Shown here: positions 17,745-25,748 of the stretch, in pieces | Position numbering within the stretch: the stretch's first letter is position 1 | How the letters are laid out: each line of letters begins with the position of its first letter | Origin: Acidimicrobiales bacterium | Lineage (GTDB): Bacteria; Actinomycetota; Acidimicrobiia; Acidimicrobiales; JAKAVM01 | DNA: 64,000 nucleotides | Direction of reading: 5' to 3' | Assembly (NCBI GenBank): GCA_027452005.1 | Contig: DAIDHF010000007.1 | Span: 15,254 to 79,253, forward strand | Notes under the pieces: generated by a model | Database searches by the model: none | What the model was told of the DNA's origin: nothing | Seen by the model: the letters and a program-made list of their open reading frames with translations, nothing else | Made by a program: the position numbers and the translations under genes

Positions 17745-18612
17745 AAATTACAGATGATCCAGCAGTAACTGAGAAACCAACTGCATTAAGTATCGACGCG
17801 GTAACTTGATTATCCTCTGCGCTCTCGACCACTACCATCCCCCCAGAAGGCAACCTTGCGTAACAGTGGTCCATAAACTCTAATCGCCTTGCTCTAGTTA
17901 GCCGGAACAGGAATTTACCAATTATCACCGCTCTCATTGGTACCTTGTCAGTTAGTACTAACAAGTTATAAAAGGGGTCACCAACTAGAGCGATATGCCC
18001 CTTTTGAGTTCGTTCAAAGGCCTGTGCTGGATTAAAGTCGATAAAATAGACACTTCCTGCAACTTCCGCCAATACTTGGTCAAGTTGCTCACCCGGTGAA
18101 TCTACTATCAGAATGTTTACACCACTATCAGCTTCAGAAACTTCCTGAAAGAGTACTTCGCAAAACTTGTCAATCCATTCAGGCAACAGTGAGGCCAAAG
18201 TATCTTCGGATGTGCTGCTATAGATATCTTCTTGAATAACCAATTTCTCAACTCTTACTTCGTTGTCAAATTTCGACTCAAGCAGGCGTAAGCGCTGATC
18301 AACTAAGTCTAGACCTTGACGTAATGACAATAATATCTTTTCAACTGACAAGTGAGTGTTTTCAAGTGGAGAGTGGATTTTACTTGATGCGACAAGTCTG
18401 TTGACGACCCTCTCTATATTTGCGTGATACCACCCCCTAAGATTTCTTTGCTTGATCAAGTTGGAGTCAGAATGTTGAACTTGAGCTAATTCCAATTGCT
18501 CAGCATATGTAGCTAGGTCATCAAGTAATAGCCTAAGTTCATGTCGATTTTGGTGATCTATCCAATACTGATAAAACCAGTCTCGCATTGAGTTTTCAAA
18601 GTCATCCATCAA
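17725..18612 (-). CDS. Hypothetical protein X2: helical N-terminal region + class I methyltransferase-like fold with degenerate Gly loop
   Basis: 295 aa with helical, heptad-like N-terminal segments (LSVEKILLSLRQGLDLVDQRLRLLESKF). C-terminal pattern: ILIVDSPGE ... VYFIDFNP ... AVIIGKFLFRL ... RLPSGGMVVVES. Confidence 0.5.
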   Translation of the reverse strand: MMDDFENSMRDWFYQYWIDHQNRHELRLLLDDLATYAEQLELAQVQHSDSNLIKQRNLRGWYHANIERVVNRLVASSKIHSPLENTHLSVEKILLSLRQGLDLVDQRLRLLESKFDNEVRVEKLVIQEDIYSSTSEDTLASLLPEWIDKFCEVLFQEVSEADSGVNILIVDSPGEQLDQVLAEVAGSVYFIDFNPAQAFERTQKGHIALVGDPFYNLLVLTDKVPMRAVIIGKFLFRLTRARRLEFMDHCYARLPSGGMVVVESAEDNQVTASILNAVGFSVTAGSSVIFGKKVL

Positions 18613-18664
18613 AATTTATCCAAGAAACCTAAAAGCCAAAACACCCAAAATGCCTCCGAGGTAG

Positions 18665-19789
18665 TCACGATTGCTTGCCTAGTTTCCCAGCTACTTGCTC
18701 AAAAACATAATCAAGGGCATGTTCTTCCTGAAATACACAATTGGTACTGCTCTTGAGCGCATTCAAACGTGGCGGCAAGTTTAAGACACCAGGAACGTGA
18801 CGATCTTGAATTAGGGCCAGTATTTGGCTTGCCCACTCAGATACTCCCTCAAATACCGGAATCTTGCCTATAACTCCTGCGGAATTGGTGACCTCGACTG
18901 CACTTTTATTTTTCAAACTTACAACGTCATGCTGTACTTGCTGGGAGTCCATTATAAATTCGAATAGATAGTCGACCTGATAACTGGCATCTAAATTGTC
19001 AGGCCTATGACCGAGAATTCTTACCCTTTCACCCAGTCCGAATTTATTGCCAAGACCCATAATAAAGTCTTCATAGTTTTGTTCCCAAAACGTCCCAATA
19101 AGTTCGAGCCCTATTCGTATCCTTGTTGTACGCTCTATTGCTAACACGGCCCCAATGATCTGCTCTAGTCGACAGGCTGGAGAAAATCTCCCAATAAGTA
19201 CTAGTGTAATGTCCTCCTGGGAACCGTTACAGGCTCGATCTTTAGAATCCGATTCGTTCTCATCTAATGCAACATACAATGCGCTCGAAACGGCATTAGC
19301 AATAGGAATAATTGCTCTACGCTCATATCCCAAGCTAACTAACTCTTGATCCAAATGCTCTGAGCTGGAAATCGCCAAGGTTGTCCGCCGAGACAGTACT
19401 TCCAGTTGGGTAACCAAGTAGCTATATTCGTGGAGACTGGACCAAGAAAATTTTTCAAGTGACTGGGTGGCAGGTACTCCGTAGTACCACACCATGAGAG
19501 GCTCTGGACGCCGGTATAAATAGTCAACAAGACGGCTAGTTCTATCGGCGTGATACAACACTCCCGATTTTTGTGCTGCATGGACGTGTTGCAAATATCC
19601 AAGTTCACCAACTCTTGCATCAGAAGTGTCCTCTACAAAGATTTCTGATCTGAGCCCCCTGGAGCGGAAATAAGACTGTAGTTCTAGTACCTTGCTATAG
19701 GATTCACGTCCTGGATCCATAGCTTTAATAAATTGATGGACTCCCTCCATTGATCCTTCTTGAATTATCAAGTGCGTCTTGTCTATCAC
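18665..19789 (-). CDS. GT4-like paralog lacking a recognisable EX7E catalytic motif (possible pseudo-glycosyltransferase)
   Basis: The N-terminus MEGVHQFIKAMDPGRESYSKVLELQSYFRSRGLRSEIFVED aligns with the two flanking GT4 paralogs. The C-terminal third has no HEGF...EAM-type segment. The ORF is intact. Confidence 0.55.
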   Translation of the reverse strand: MIDKTHLIIQEGSMEGVHQFIKAMDPGRESYSKVLELQSYFRSRGLRSEIFVEDTSDARVGELGYLQHVHAAQKSGVLYHADRTSRLVDYLYRRPEPLMVWYYGVPATQSLEKFSWSSLHEYSYLVTQLEVLSRRTTLAISSSEHLDQELVSLGYERRAIIPIANAVSSALYVALDENESDSKDRACNGSQEDITLVLIGRFSPACRLEQIIGAVLAIERTTRIRIGLELIGTFWEQNYEDFIMGLGNKFGLGERVRILGHRPDNLDASYQVDYLFEFIMDSQQVQHDVVSLKNKSAVEVTNSAGVIGKIPVFEGVSEWASQILALIQDRHVPGVLNLPPRLNALKSSTNCVFQEEHALDYVFEQVAGKLGKQS

Positions 19790-19796
19790 GCAAGTA

Positions 19797-20900
19797 TTAG
19801 ATTTTCTCGGAAGCTTGCTCGAGCCCGGCTTGGAATTTCTTTTTTGATATTTCTAAATCAAAATCATCAAGTCTAGCCCTGCCTAAATCGACCATGAGCT
19901 TTGCAAGGGCTTCATCTCTGACTACACGTTCAATAGCAACAGCAACCATGCTTGGAGATTTATTATTCAACAACAGTCCGGCACCACCGAGTGTCTCAGG
20001 GACAGCAGCCGCATTATAGGCAATAATCGGTAAATCGTTATACATTGCTTCCAATAGTGGGACGCAAAATCCCTCATGATCGGACAAACAAATGAACAGA
20101 TCGCACCCTTTGTAATAAGCTGAAAGCTGACCATCATCAACAAAGCCGGCAAAATCAATCGAGTCAGCTACACCTAGTTTCATTGAGTATCTTCTAAGTG
20201 TTGGGAGATACTCTGGAATTGGGCAACCGCCAACAATAAACAAGCGAGCTTTCGCGTCAAAATTCCTCTTGTATAGAGCAAAACCAGCAATTATGTCGTG
20301 CTGGGCCTTGTTTGGGGCAACCCGTCCTACAAATAAGATATTTGACCCACCCTTTTCCTTGAGTCTGGTCAACCAGTCTAATGTTGGCTGATCGGTTTTT
20401 CGGTCAAATTGCCTTGTGTCAAATAAAATTGGTGCAACGCTTGTAGATTTGTACCCTTGAGCTATAAGTTCTTGTTCATTGTAGGTGGAATCCGCAATAG
20501 CGTGTGTCGTCCTTCTGGCTAGTAAGTTCAGCTCATCTCTACCCTCTATCATGGTTTTAGCGGCCATGATATTCCAGGCCTGAAAGTCGTCTGCAGGTGT
20601 AATATTGTGATAGTTCACCAGAAGCGGCTCAGGTCGGTCGAAAAGAAACTTGGCCATTGGACAGCCGGTAGATGAGTGGTACATAAGGATCTCACCGCTA
20701 GGCTTGTGTCGCGCAAACCTACTCGTCCCGTACTTTTCATAGAATTGTGTCTGAATTCCAATTTTGTTATCAACGGCACCGACGTAGGTCTCGGTCTCGA
20801 TACCAAGCTCTAGAAGAAGTTTTCTGACCTCGAGAGTATGAGATCCTATGGCATCACCAGGTACCAGACAAGGAATAAACTGATGAAGGGCCTTAATCAT
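19797..20900 (-). CDS. Glycosyltransferase, GT4
   Basis: 367 aa with FVGRVAPNKAQHD and the EX7E region LSDHEGFCVPLLEAMYNDLPII. Confidence 0.8.
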   Translation of the reverse strand: MIKALHQFIPCLVPGDAIGSHTLEVRKLLLELGIETETYVGAVDNKIGIQTQFYEKYGTSRFARHKPSGEILMYHSSTGCPMAKFLFDRPEPLLVNYHNITPADDFQAWNIMAAKTMIEGRDELNLLARRTTHAIADSTYNEQELIAQGYKSTSVAPILFDTRQFDRKTDQPTLDWLTRLKEKGGSNILFVGRVAPNKAQHDIIAGFALYKRNFDAKARLFIVGGCPIPEYLPTLRRYSMKLGVADSIDFAGFVDDGQLSAYYKGCDLFICLSDHEGFCVPLLEAMYNDLPIIAYNAAAVPETLGGAGLLLNNKSPSMVAVAIERVVRDEALAKLMVDLGRARLDDFDLEISKKKFQAGLEQASEKI

Positions 20901-21924
20901 TTCTAGGAGTACTAGCTCGAATCAGCCAGGGACCATTATCTAAGCCTGAAAGTACCGTGTCTTGAAATGTGCCTGAACTGGCTTGCTCAATGACCAGTTC
21001 ACCGCGGCAATTGAAGAGCGAGATTGAGTGATATCCTTTTGAAAGCATCAAATATAACCACGTTCTACCCGAAACGGGATCACTTTGTACAAGCTCACTT
21101 AGAACTGACCTTCTAGATCTGAAGTCCTCCCCAAAGGCCCAGGTAATGAGAGCTAGTCTACCGTTGCCACGAAGTTTTGATATGCTCTGATCCAACAAAC
21201 GACTCGATTCGACGGGACCGAGATCATCCAAAAACCGGGAGGCGACAAGTAAGCTTAAGGTCTTATCTCCAAGTCTCTTGAGGTGAGACGCAGGATCTTC
21301 AATAAGAAGAACGGATCCAAGAGCTTGCTTGATAACGTTGGAAATCATATAGTCGTCAATGACACGAACTTTTTCACTGGGTGAATTGATAAAAGACTCG
21401 TTCAGGTCAGCAGGTAGCCCCAAGAACTCTACACGACTCTTAGCTTCTTTTAGGTCTTGAGCGATCACGTCATATAACTTGCCAAAGGCAACCGGTTGAG
21501 CACGCGGAGCTTGGGCAAGGATCCCTGGAGATAGTTGATCTTGCTCATTTTTCGATAGTGCCCTAATGCGCTCAGCCAACAGCAAGTTAACTTGGTTGTT
21601 AGCCAAGCCCATGTCTTTAAGCTGACCACCGACATGGTTCATATACCAAGCTACTACCTTCGAAATCGCCAACTTTGCATAGCGAGCAGATTTTTTGTGT
21701 GAGTTTAGAGGTGGCACCAGATCTATCAGCGAAGCCTCTTCTGCCCGCTTAATTGCCCGACTTAAATCCTCATCTGGGTTATTTCCAGGTACGATCTCAA
21801 GGTAGGCACTCCTAATCTCGTTCTCTATTATTTGAGAGATCTCTCCAAGAGAAATCTTCTCTTCAACATCCTTTGATATTTCAGCGACAATTTTGTCTAG
21901 CCCATTTGGGTCAACTTGAGACAT
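20893..21924 (-). CDS. Hypothetical protein X3: helical N-terminal region + class I methyltransferase-like fold with degenerate Gly loop
   Basis: 343 aa and the first gene of the minus-strand run. C-terminal pattern: VEFLGLPAD ... VRVIDDY ... LSLLVASRFLDDL ... KLRGNGRLALITW. Its stop overlaps the downstream GT4 start by 8 nt. Confidence 0.5.
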   Translation of the reverse strand: MSQVDPNGLDKIVAEISKDVEEKISLGEISQIIENEIRSAYLEIVPGNNPDEDLSRAIKRAEEASLIDLVPPLNSHKKSARYAKLAISKVVAWYMNHVGGQLKDMGLANNQVNLLLAERIRALSKNEQDQLSPGILAQAPRAQPVAFGKLYDVIAQDLKEAKSRVEFLGLPADLNESFINSPSEKVRVIDDYMISNVIKQALGSVLLIEDPASHLKRLGDKTLSLLVASRFLDDLGPVESSRLLDQSISKLRGNGRLALITWAFGEDFRSRRSVLSELVQSDPVSGRTWLYLMLSKGYHSISLFNCRGELVIEQASSGTFQDTVLSGLDNGPWLIRASTPRND

Positions 21925-21962
21925 GTAATTTTGGAACTAGTTTTCATCCACCTCTTCAGGTC

Positions 21963-22646
21963 CTAACTAGCGACCTGTAGTAATGAACGTTCTATAACGT
22001 GATCGATGAATCCGTAGTCTTTGGATTCTTGTGCGGTAAACCATCTGTCACGATCAGAATCGGCTTCAATTCGTTCTACGGACTGGCCAGTATGAAACGC
22101 AATTCGTTCAGCCATCATCTTCTTTAGATACGCAATCTGTTCTGCCTCAATGGCAATGTCTGCAGCAGCACCTTGAACCCTGCCAGACGGTTGATGCATT
22201 AAGATCCGCGAGTGAGGAAGGGCGTACCGCTTGCCAGGAGCTCCCGAGCAAAGCAAGAACTGGCCCATTGACGCAGCCAACCCTAAACAAATTGTGGCCA
22301 CGTCGCAGGCTACGTACTGCATGGTGTCGTAGATCGCCAGGCCATCTGTGACTGATCCGCCAGGAGAATTTATATACAGGCTGATATCTTTCGTGGAATC
22401 CTCGGCCTCAAGAAGGAGCAACTGTGCACAGATTAGATTTGCAGCACTCTCATCTACTTGAGTACCCAGAAAAACTATCCTCTCCTTCAAAAGTCGCTGG
22501 TAGACATCCCCCATCATGGCTCCGACGTTCGATCCCAGATCGGCGCCGGTAGGCTTTTGGAGACCACCAAAAGTGGTCGAATTTGCGGTACTTATGTTGG
22601 AACTCACCTGGCTATTATAGACGGGAGAACTACCGGGTACGCGCAT
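21963..22646 (-). CDS. clpP: ATP-dependent Clp protease proteolytic subunit
   Basis: Active-site contexts [17 protein letters not shown] (Ser), RILMHQP (His) and DSDRDRWF (Asp), plus [10 protein letters not shown]. It has a ~40-aa Ser/Thr/Asn-rich N-terminal extension if the first Met is used. Confidence 0.9.
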   Translation of the reverse strand: MRVPGSSPVYNSQVSSNISTANSTTFGGLQKPTGADLGSNVGAMMGDVYQRLLKERIVFLGTQVDESAANLICAQLLLLEAEDSTKDISLYINSPGGSVTDGLAIYDTMQYVACDVATICLGLAASMGQFLLCSGAPGKRYALPHSRILMHQPSGRVQGAAADIAIEAEQIAYLKKMMAERIAFHTGQSVERIEADSDRDRWFTAQESKDYGFIDHVIERSLLQVAS

Positions 22647-22707
22647 GTATACCTCGCTGCCGGTCTAGGTGGAAACTTCAGGGATTTTATGCGAGTATTT
22701 TACCCTT

Positions 22708-22791
22708 GCGGGCGTGGCGAAATTGGCAGACGCGCCAGGTTTAGGTCCTGGTCCTCGACAGGGGGTGGGAGTTCGAGTCTCCCCGCCCGCA
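22708..22791 (+). tRNA. tRNA-Leu (anticodon UAG), class II with long variable arm
   Basis: Folded by hand. The acceptor stem GCGGGCG/CGCCCGC has 7 bp. The D stem is GCG/CGC. The anticodon stem is CCAGG/CCTGG with loop TT-TAG-GT. The variable arm is CCTC-GACA-GGGG. The T arm is GGGAG-TTCGAGT-CTCCC. The discriminator is A, followed by CC (no encoded final A). Confidence 0.85.
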
Positions 22792-22932
22792 CCGCTGGGG
22801 ACATGCACTCCCAGGGTGGGTTTTACTAGCAGATATGTACCTCTAGCTGGAGCCAACTATAAATTCGGCGTCCTCAACGGGTCCTCGGTGATAGTATTGC
22901 GATTTACGGAATCGGTCAATTAGGAGGAGTGC

Positions 22933-24846
22933 GTGCAAGACAAGGCCGTTGAAAGAGACGAGGATAGCGTCAGCCAAAATGCCCCCGTAACAACTGTCGC
23001 GCTCGACAAGGCAACTGGGATAAAATGGCGACCTGCTGTGCGTAGCGTACTGGCCCTCGTTGCGCTGCTTCCCCTGCTAGGTATCGCTGTTTTGACCGGG
23101 ATTAGCGCCTCTAATAGCTGGTCCAACCGTCAGTTTGCACAAAAGGCAGCTAAGGACGTTGCTCTTCTAAAGGAGATCGCCCAAGCCAGGCTACAGATGA
23201 ACAACGCCGCTGTTCCAATGATTCTAGTTGCATCTGCTAACACTATTGGCATAACCGAGCAGATCGTTAGTCTCCTAGTGGGAATAAACCTTATGAGGGG
23301 GTCGATTTCACTACCCGAGGCCCAGCACCTACTCAGTTCAAGTCAGGTATTCGTGTCCACGCCTACCTTGAAGGCTGATGACCTGGCGACTCTAAAGCTT
23401 AACGCACAGATAGAGGCCGGCCACGGGGATTATGCCACAGCAACGGCAACCCTAGATAAATTTGCGAATGCCCTGGACAGCTACTGGATATCAAAGTATC
23501 AGAAGTTGGAGTCTGACGTTTCAGCGTGGAATCCTCCCGGGACATTTGAAACTCACTTGAGCGCTCTCCGACAAACTTACGCTACCTTTGACGCTGGTAT
23601 CTATAGTGACCGCGATGCAATCGATGTTCTTGAGGGTATTGGAGGAGCCGCTCCGAAGCTACAGCTAACCCAGGAGAGCTACGAATTTCAACAGGCCTCC
23701 CAGCAGTTTCTACCCAACATAGGCGCCAGTGGCCTAGCTGCTTGGAACAAGCTGAATCGTGATCCACATGTTCAGGTGTTCAATCAAGTCATCCAAAACG
23801 CTTTGAAATTGGTTCAAAATGGTGGGCCTGCCCCATTTTTGACCAATGAAAAGGCGGCTGGGGTTGCTGTCAGGGGGGCAATTTACGACGTTGCTGATCT
23901 AAGCAATCTGGTTCAGTCGGCCGCTAACGACCTGGTCAATCAGGCTAACCACGAGGCCAGCGTTGCCAAAGAGGACTTTATCTTGGAGATAGTGTTCCTG
24001 CTAGCGCTCCTGGCATTTAGTATAGGAGGGGTCCTCATTGTTGGACGGAGCCTAACCAAGCCTCTTCAAGCACTTTCTGGGGCCGCCTTGAAGATTCACA
24101 GTGGAGATTTTGATCTTGAAGAACTAGACGATGCTGGCCCCAAGGAGGTTGCAACAACCACCGAGGCATTCAACGTCATGTCAACCACCCTCAAGGCCGT
24201 CGAGCGAAAGACCGTGGCCCTAGCCGAAGAAGATTTGGAGCACGCCGACCTATCCCACCCGCTCCCTGGAAAGACTGGGGCAGCTCTTCAGGCCGCCGTT
24301 GACCAACTGGCCAAGCGTATCAAAGAAAGAGAGGAACAGCGTCAACAACTTTACGAGGCGGCGACCCACGACAGACTGACTAGCTTACTAAACCGAGCCG
24401 CGGTGTTTGACTATTTGACCACAAACGTCACAGAAAGACGAAAGTCAGGTGAGAGTGTTGCGGTTCTCTTCGTCGACATCGACGGGCTCAAACCACTCAA
24501 CGACGAATACGGGCACGAGGCCGGCGATGCCGCCATAAAGGCCACGGGTGAAGCCCTGGTGGAAGCCACCGACTCCTGCGACGTGGTCGGGCGCCTGGGA
24601 GGTGACGAGTTCCTTTCCGTGTTATGTCCTGAACATTCTAAATCTGGAGCAGAAGTTTCCGAGAGAATGCGAGCTCAGGTTGCAAGAAAAACTATTACTG
24701 CAAATGGGAAGTCGGTATCATTGCAAGCTTCCGTTGGGATTGCCCTGGCAGAGTGCGACGCAAGTACCGATCCTATGGAGTTGGTTAAGCTAGCCGACCA
24801 AAGAATGTACGAGGCCAAACGGGCTGCCAGGGTTGCCAGGTCCTAA
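22933..24846 (+). CDS. Membrane diguanylate cyclase: ~285-aa extracytoplasmic sensor between two TM helices + HAMP + GGDEF
   Basis: GTG start 4-6 nt after AGGAGGAG. TM helices at VLALVALLPLLGIAVLTGISA and ILEIVFLLALLAFSIGGVLIVG. HAMP-like segment RSLTKPLQALSGAAL. Intact catalytic motifs DIDGLKPLNDEYGHEAGDAAI and GRLGGDEFLSVL. Confidence 0.85.
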   Translation: MQDKAVERDEDSVSQNAPVTTVALDKATGIKWRPAVRSVLALVALLPLLGIAVLTGISASNSWSNRQFAQKAAKDVALLKEIAQARLQMNNAAVPMILVASANTIGITEQIVSLLVGINLMRGSISLPEAQHLLSSSQVFVSTPTLKADDLATLKLNAQIEAGHGDYATATATLDKFANALDSYWISKYQKLESDVSAWNPPGTFETHLSALRQTYATFDAGIYSDRDAIDVLEGIGGAAPKLQLTQESYEFQQASQQFLPNIGASGLAAWNKLNRDPHVQVFNQVIQNALKLVQNGGPAPFLTNEKAAGVAVRGAIYDVADLSNLVQSAANDLVNQANHEASVAKEDFILEIVFLLALLAFSIGGVLIVGRSLTKPLQALSGAALKIHSGDFDLEELDDAGPKEVATTTEAFNVMSTTLKAVERKTVALAEEDLEHADLSHPLPGKTGAALQAAVDQLAKRIKEREEQRQQLYEAATHDRLTSLLNRAAVFDYLTTNVTERRKSGESVAVLFVDIDGLKPLNDEYGHEAGDAAIKATGEALVEATDSCDVVGRLGGDEFLSVLCPEHSKSGAEVSERMRAQVARKTITANGKSVSLQASVGIALAECDASTDPMELVKLADQRMYEAKRAARVARS

Positions 24847-24905
24847 TCAAGCAGACGATTCAAGTCGTGCAGGGTTTGGTTTTAGGGAGTTCGCCTGTCC
24901 AGGCT

Positions 24906-25748
24906 TCAGGAGTGATTAGACTGACTAATTAACTGACTGATGGCGGCCCGGGTCATTACGTCGAGCGGGGCCTTGAGCCCGGTCCACAACTCAAATGCCA
25001 AGGCGGCCTGATGCACCAACATGGAAATTCCACTGACGACACGGACCCCTCTTTTTTCCAAGGCGACCATCATTTTGGTGGCTGGTGGCCAGTAGATCAG
25101 ATCTACATATATCTGGCCTGGCGAAAATAGCCCAGGATCTACCGGTGTTAGACCTTGGTTCGACCCCATCCCGAGCGGGGTAGCATTGATTACAAGGTCA
25201 CATGAGGCTAGATCGCTGGGCTTACCAACTCGAACTCTACTTGGATCTAGTCCAACCAGTAAATCGCAGCGTTCTGGGGTCCGATTTACCACCACAAGTG
25301 ACTCGATTGGATTATTGAGGAGGCTAAGAGAGACTGCCCGGGCGGCACCCCCAGCACCGAGAATACCAACCTTGAGTCCCTCGGTGTCTATAAACTCCTT
25401 GTTGAGGCACGCTAAAAACCCGGGCCCGTCAGTCGAGTGCCCCTCCAAAGTACCCTCGGAGGTAACTCTAATGGTATTTACTGAACTTATCTTACGGGCA
25501 TCGCCTTCCAAGACATCCACCAACCCGGCAACAGTTTCCTTATAGGGCATCGTTATTGAGGCGCCTTGAAAACCAATGTCGGACAAAATGCTAATGAACG
25601 CCGCTAGATTGGACCTTGATACCTCCAAGGCCACATAGACCCAATCCAATCCAAGGGCCTCGAAAGCACTATTGTGAATTGCAGGCGACACTGAGTGCTT
25701 GACCGGGTCTCCAATCACACAGGCCAGTTTGGTGTGACCTGAGATCAA
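24906..25748 (-). CDS. aroE: Shikimate dehydrogenase
   Basis: Motifs SVSPAIHNSAF, ITMPYKE and GAGGAARAV. Its position next to mltG/ruvX/alaS is conserved. Confidence 0.9.
   Translation of the reverse strand: MISGHTKLACVIGDPVKHSVSPAIHNSAFEALGLDWVYVALEVSRSNLAAFISILSDIGFQGASITMPYKETVAGLVDVLEGDARKISSVNTIRVTSEGTLEGHSTDGPGFLACLNKEFIDTEGLKVGILGAGGAARAVSLSLLNNPIESLVVVNRTPERCDLLVGLDPSRVRVGKPSDLASCDLVINATPLGMGSNQGLTPVDPGLFSPGQIYVDLIYWPPATKMMVALEKRGVRVVSGISMLVHQAALAFELWTGLKAPLDVMTRAAISQLISQSNHS

Noticed and set aside
22665-22923. Two short ORFs (63 aa minus strand, 84 aa plus strand) between clpP and the cyclase gene
   Set aside because: They overlap the hand-folded tRNA-Leu (22708-22791), and their translated sequences are just the tRNA read as codons.
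21963-22932. Integrative mobile element at the tRNA-Leu
   Set aside because: There is no integrase, recombinase, transposase or phage gene adjacent to the tRNA, and I did not spot a direct repeat of the tRNA 3' end. My search by eye was not exhaustive. Only the weaker compositional-island interpretation is kept.
24887-24898. GCCTG-TC-CAGGC palindrome between the convergent cyclase and aroE genes, considered as a bidirectional terminator
   Set aside because: It has a 5-bp stem with a 2-nt loop and no flanking T/A run, which is not a credible intrinsic terminator.
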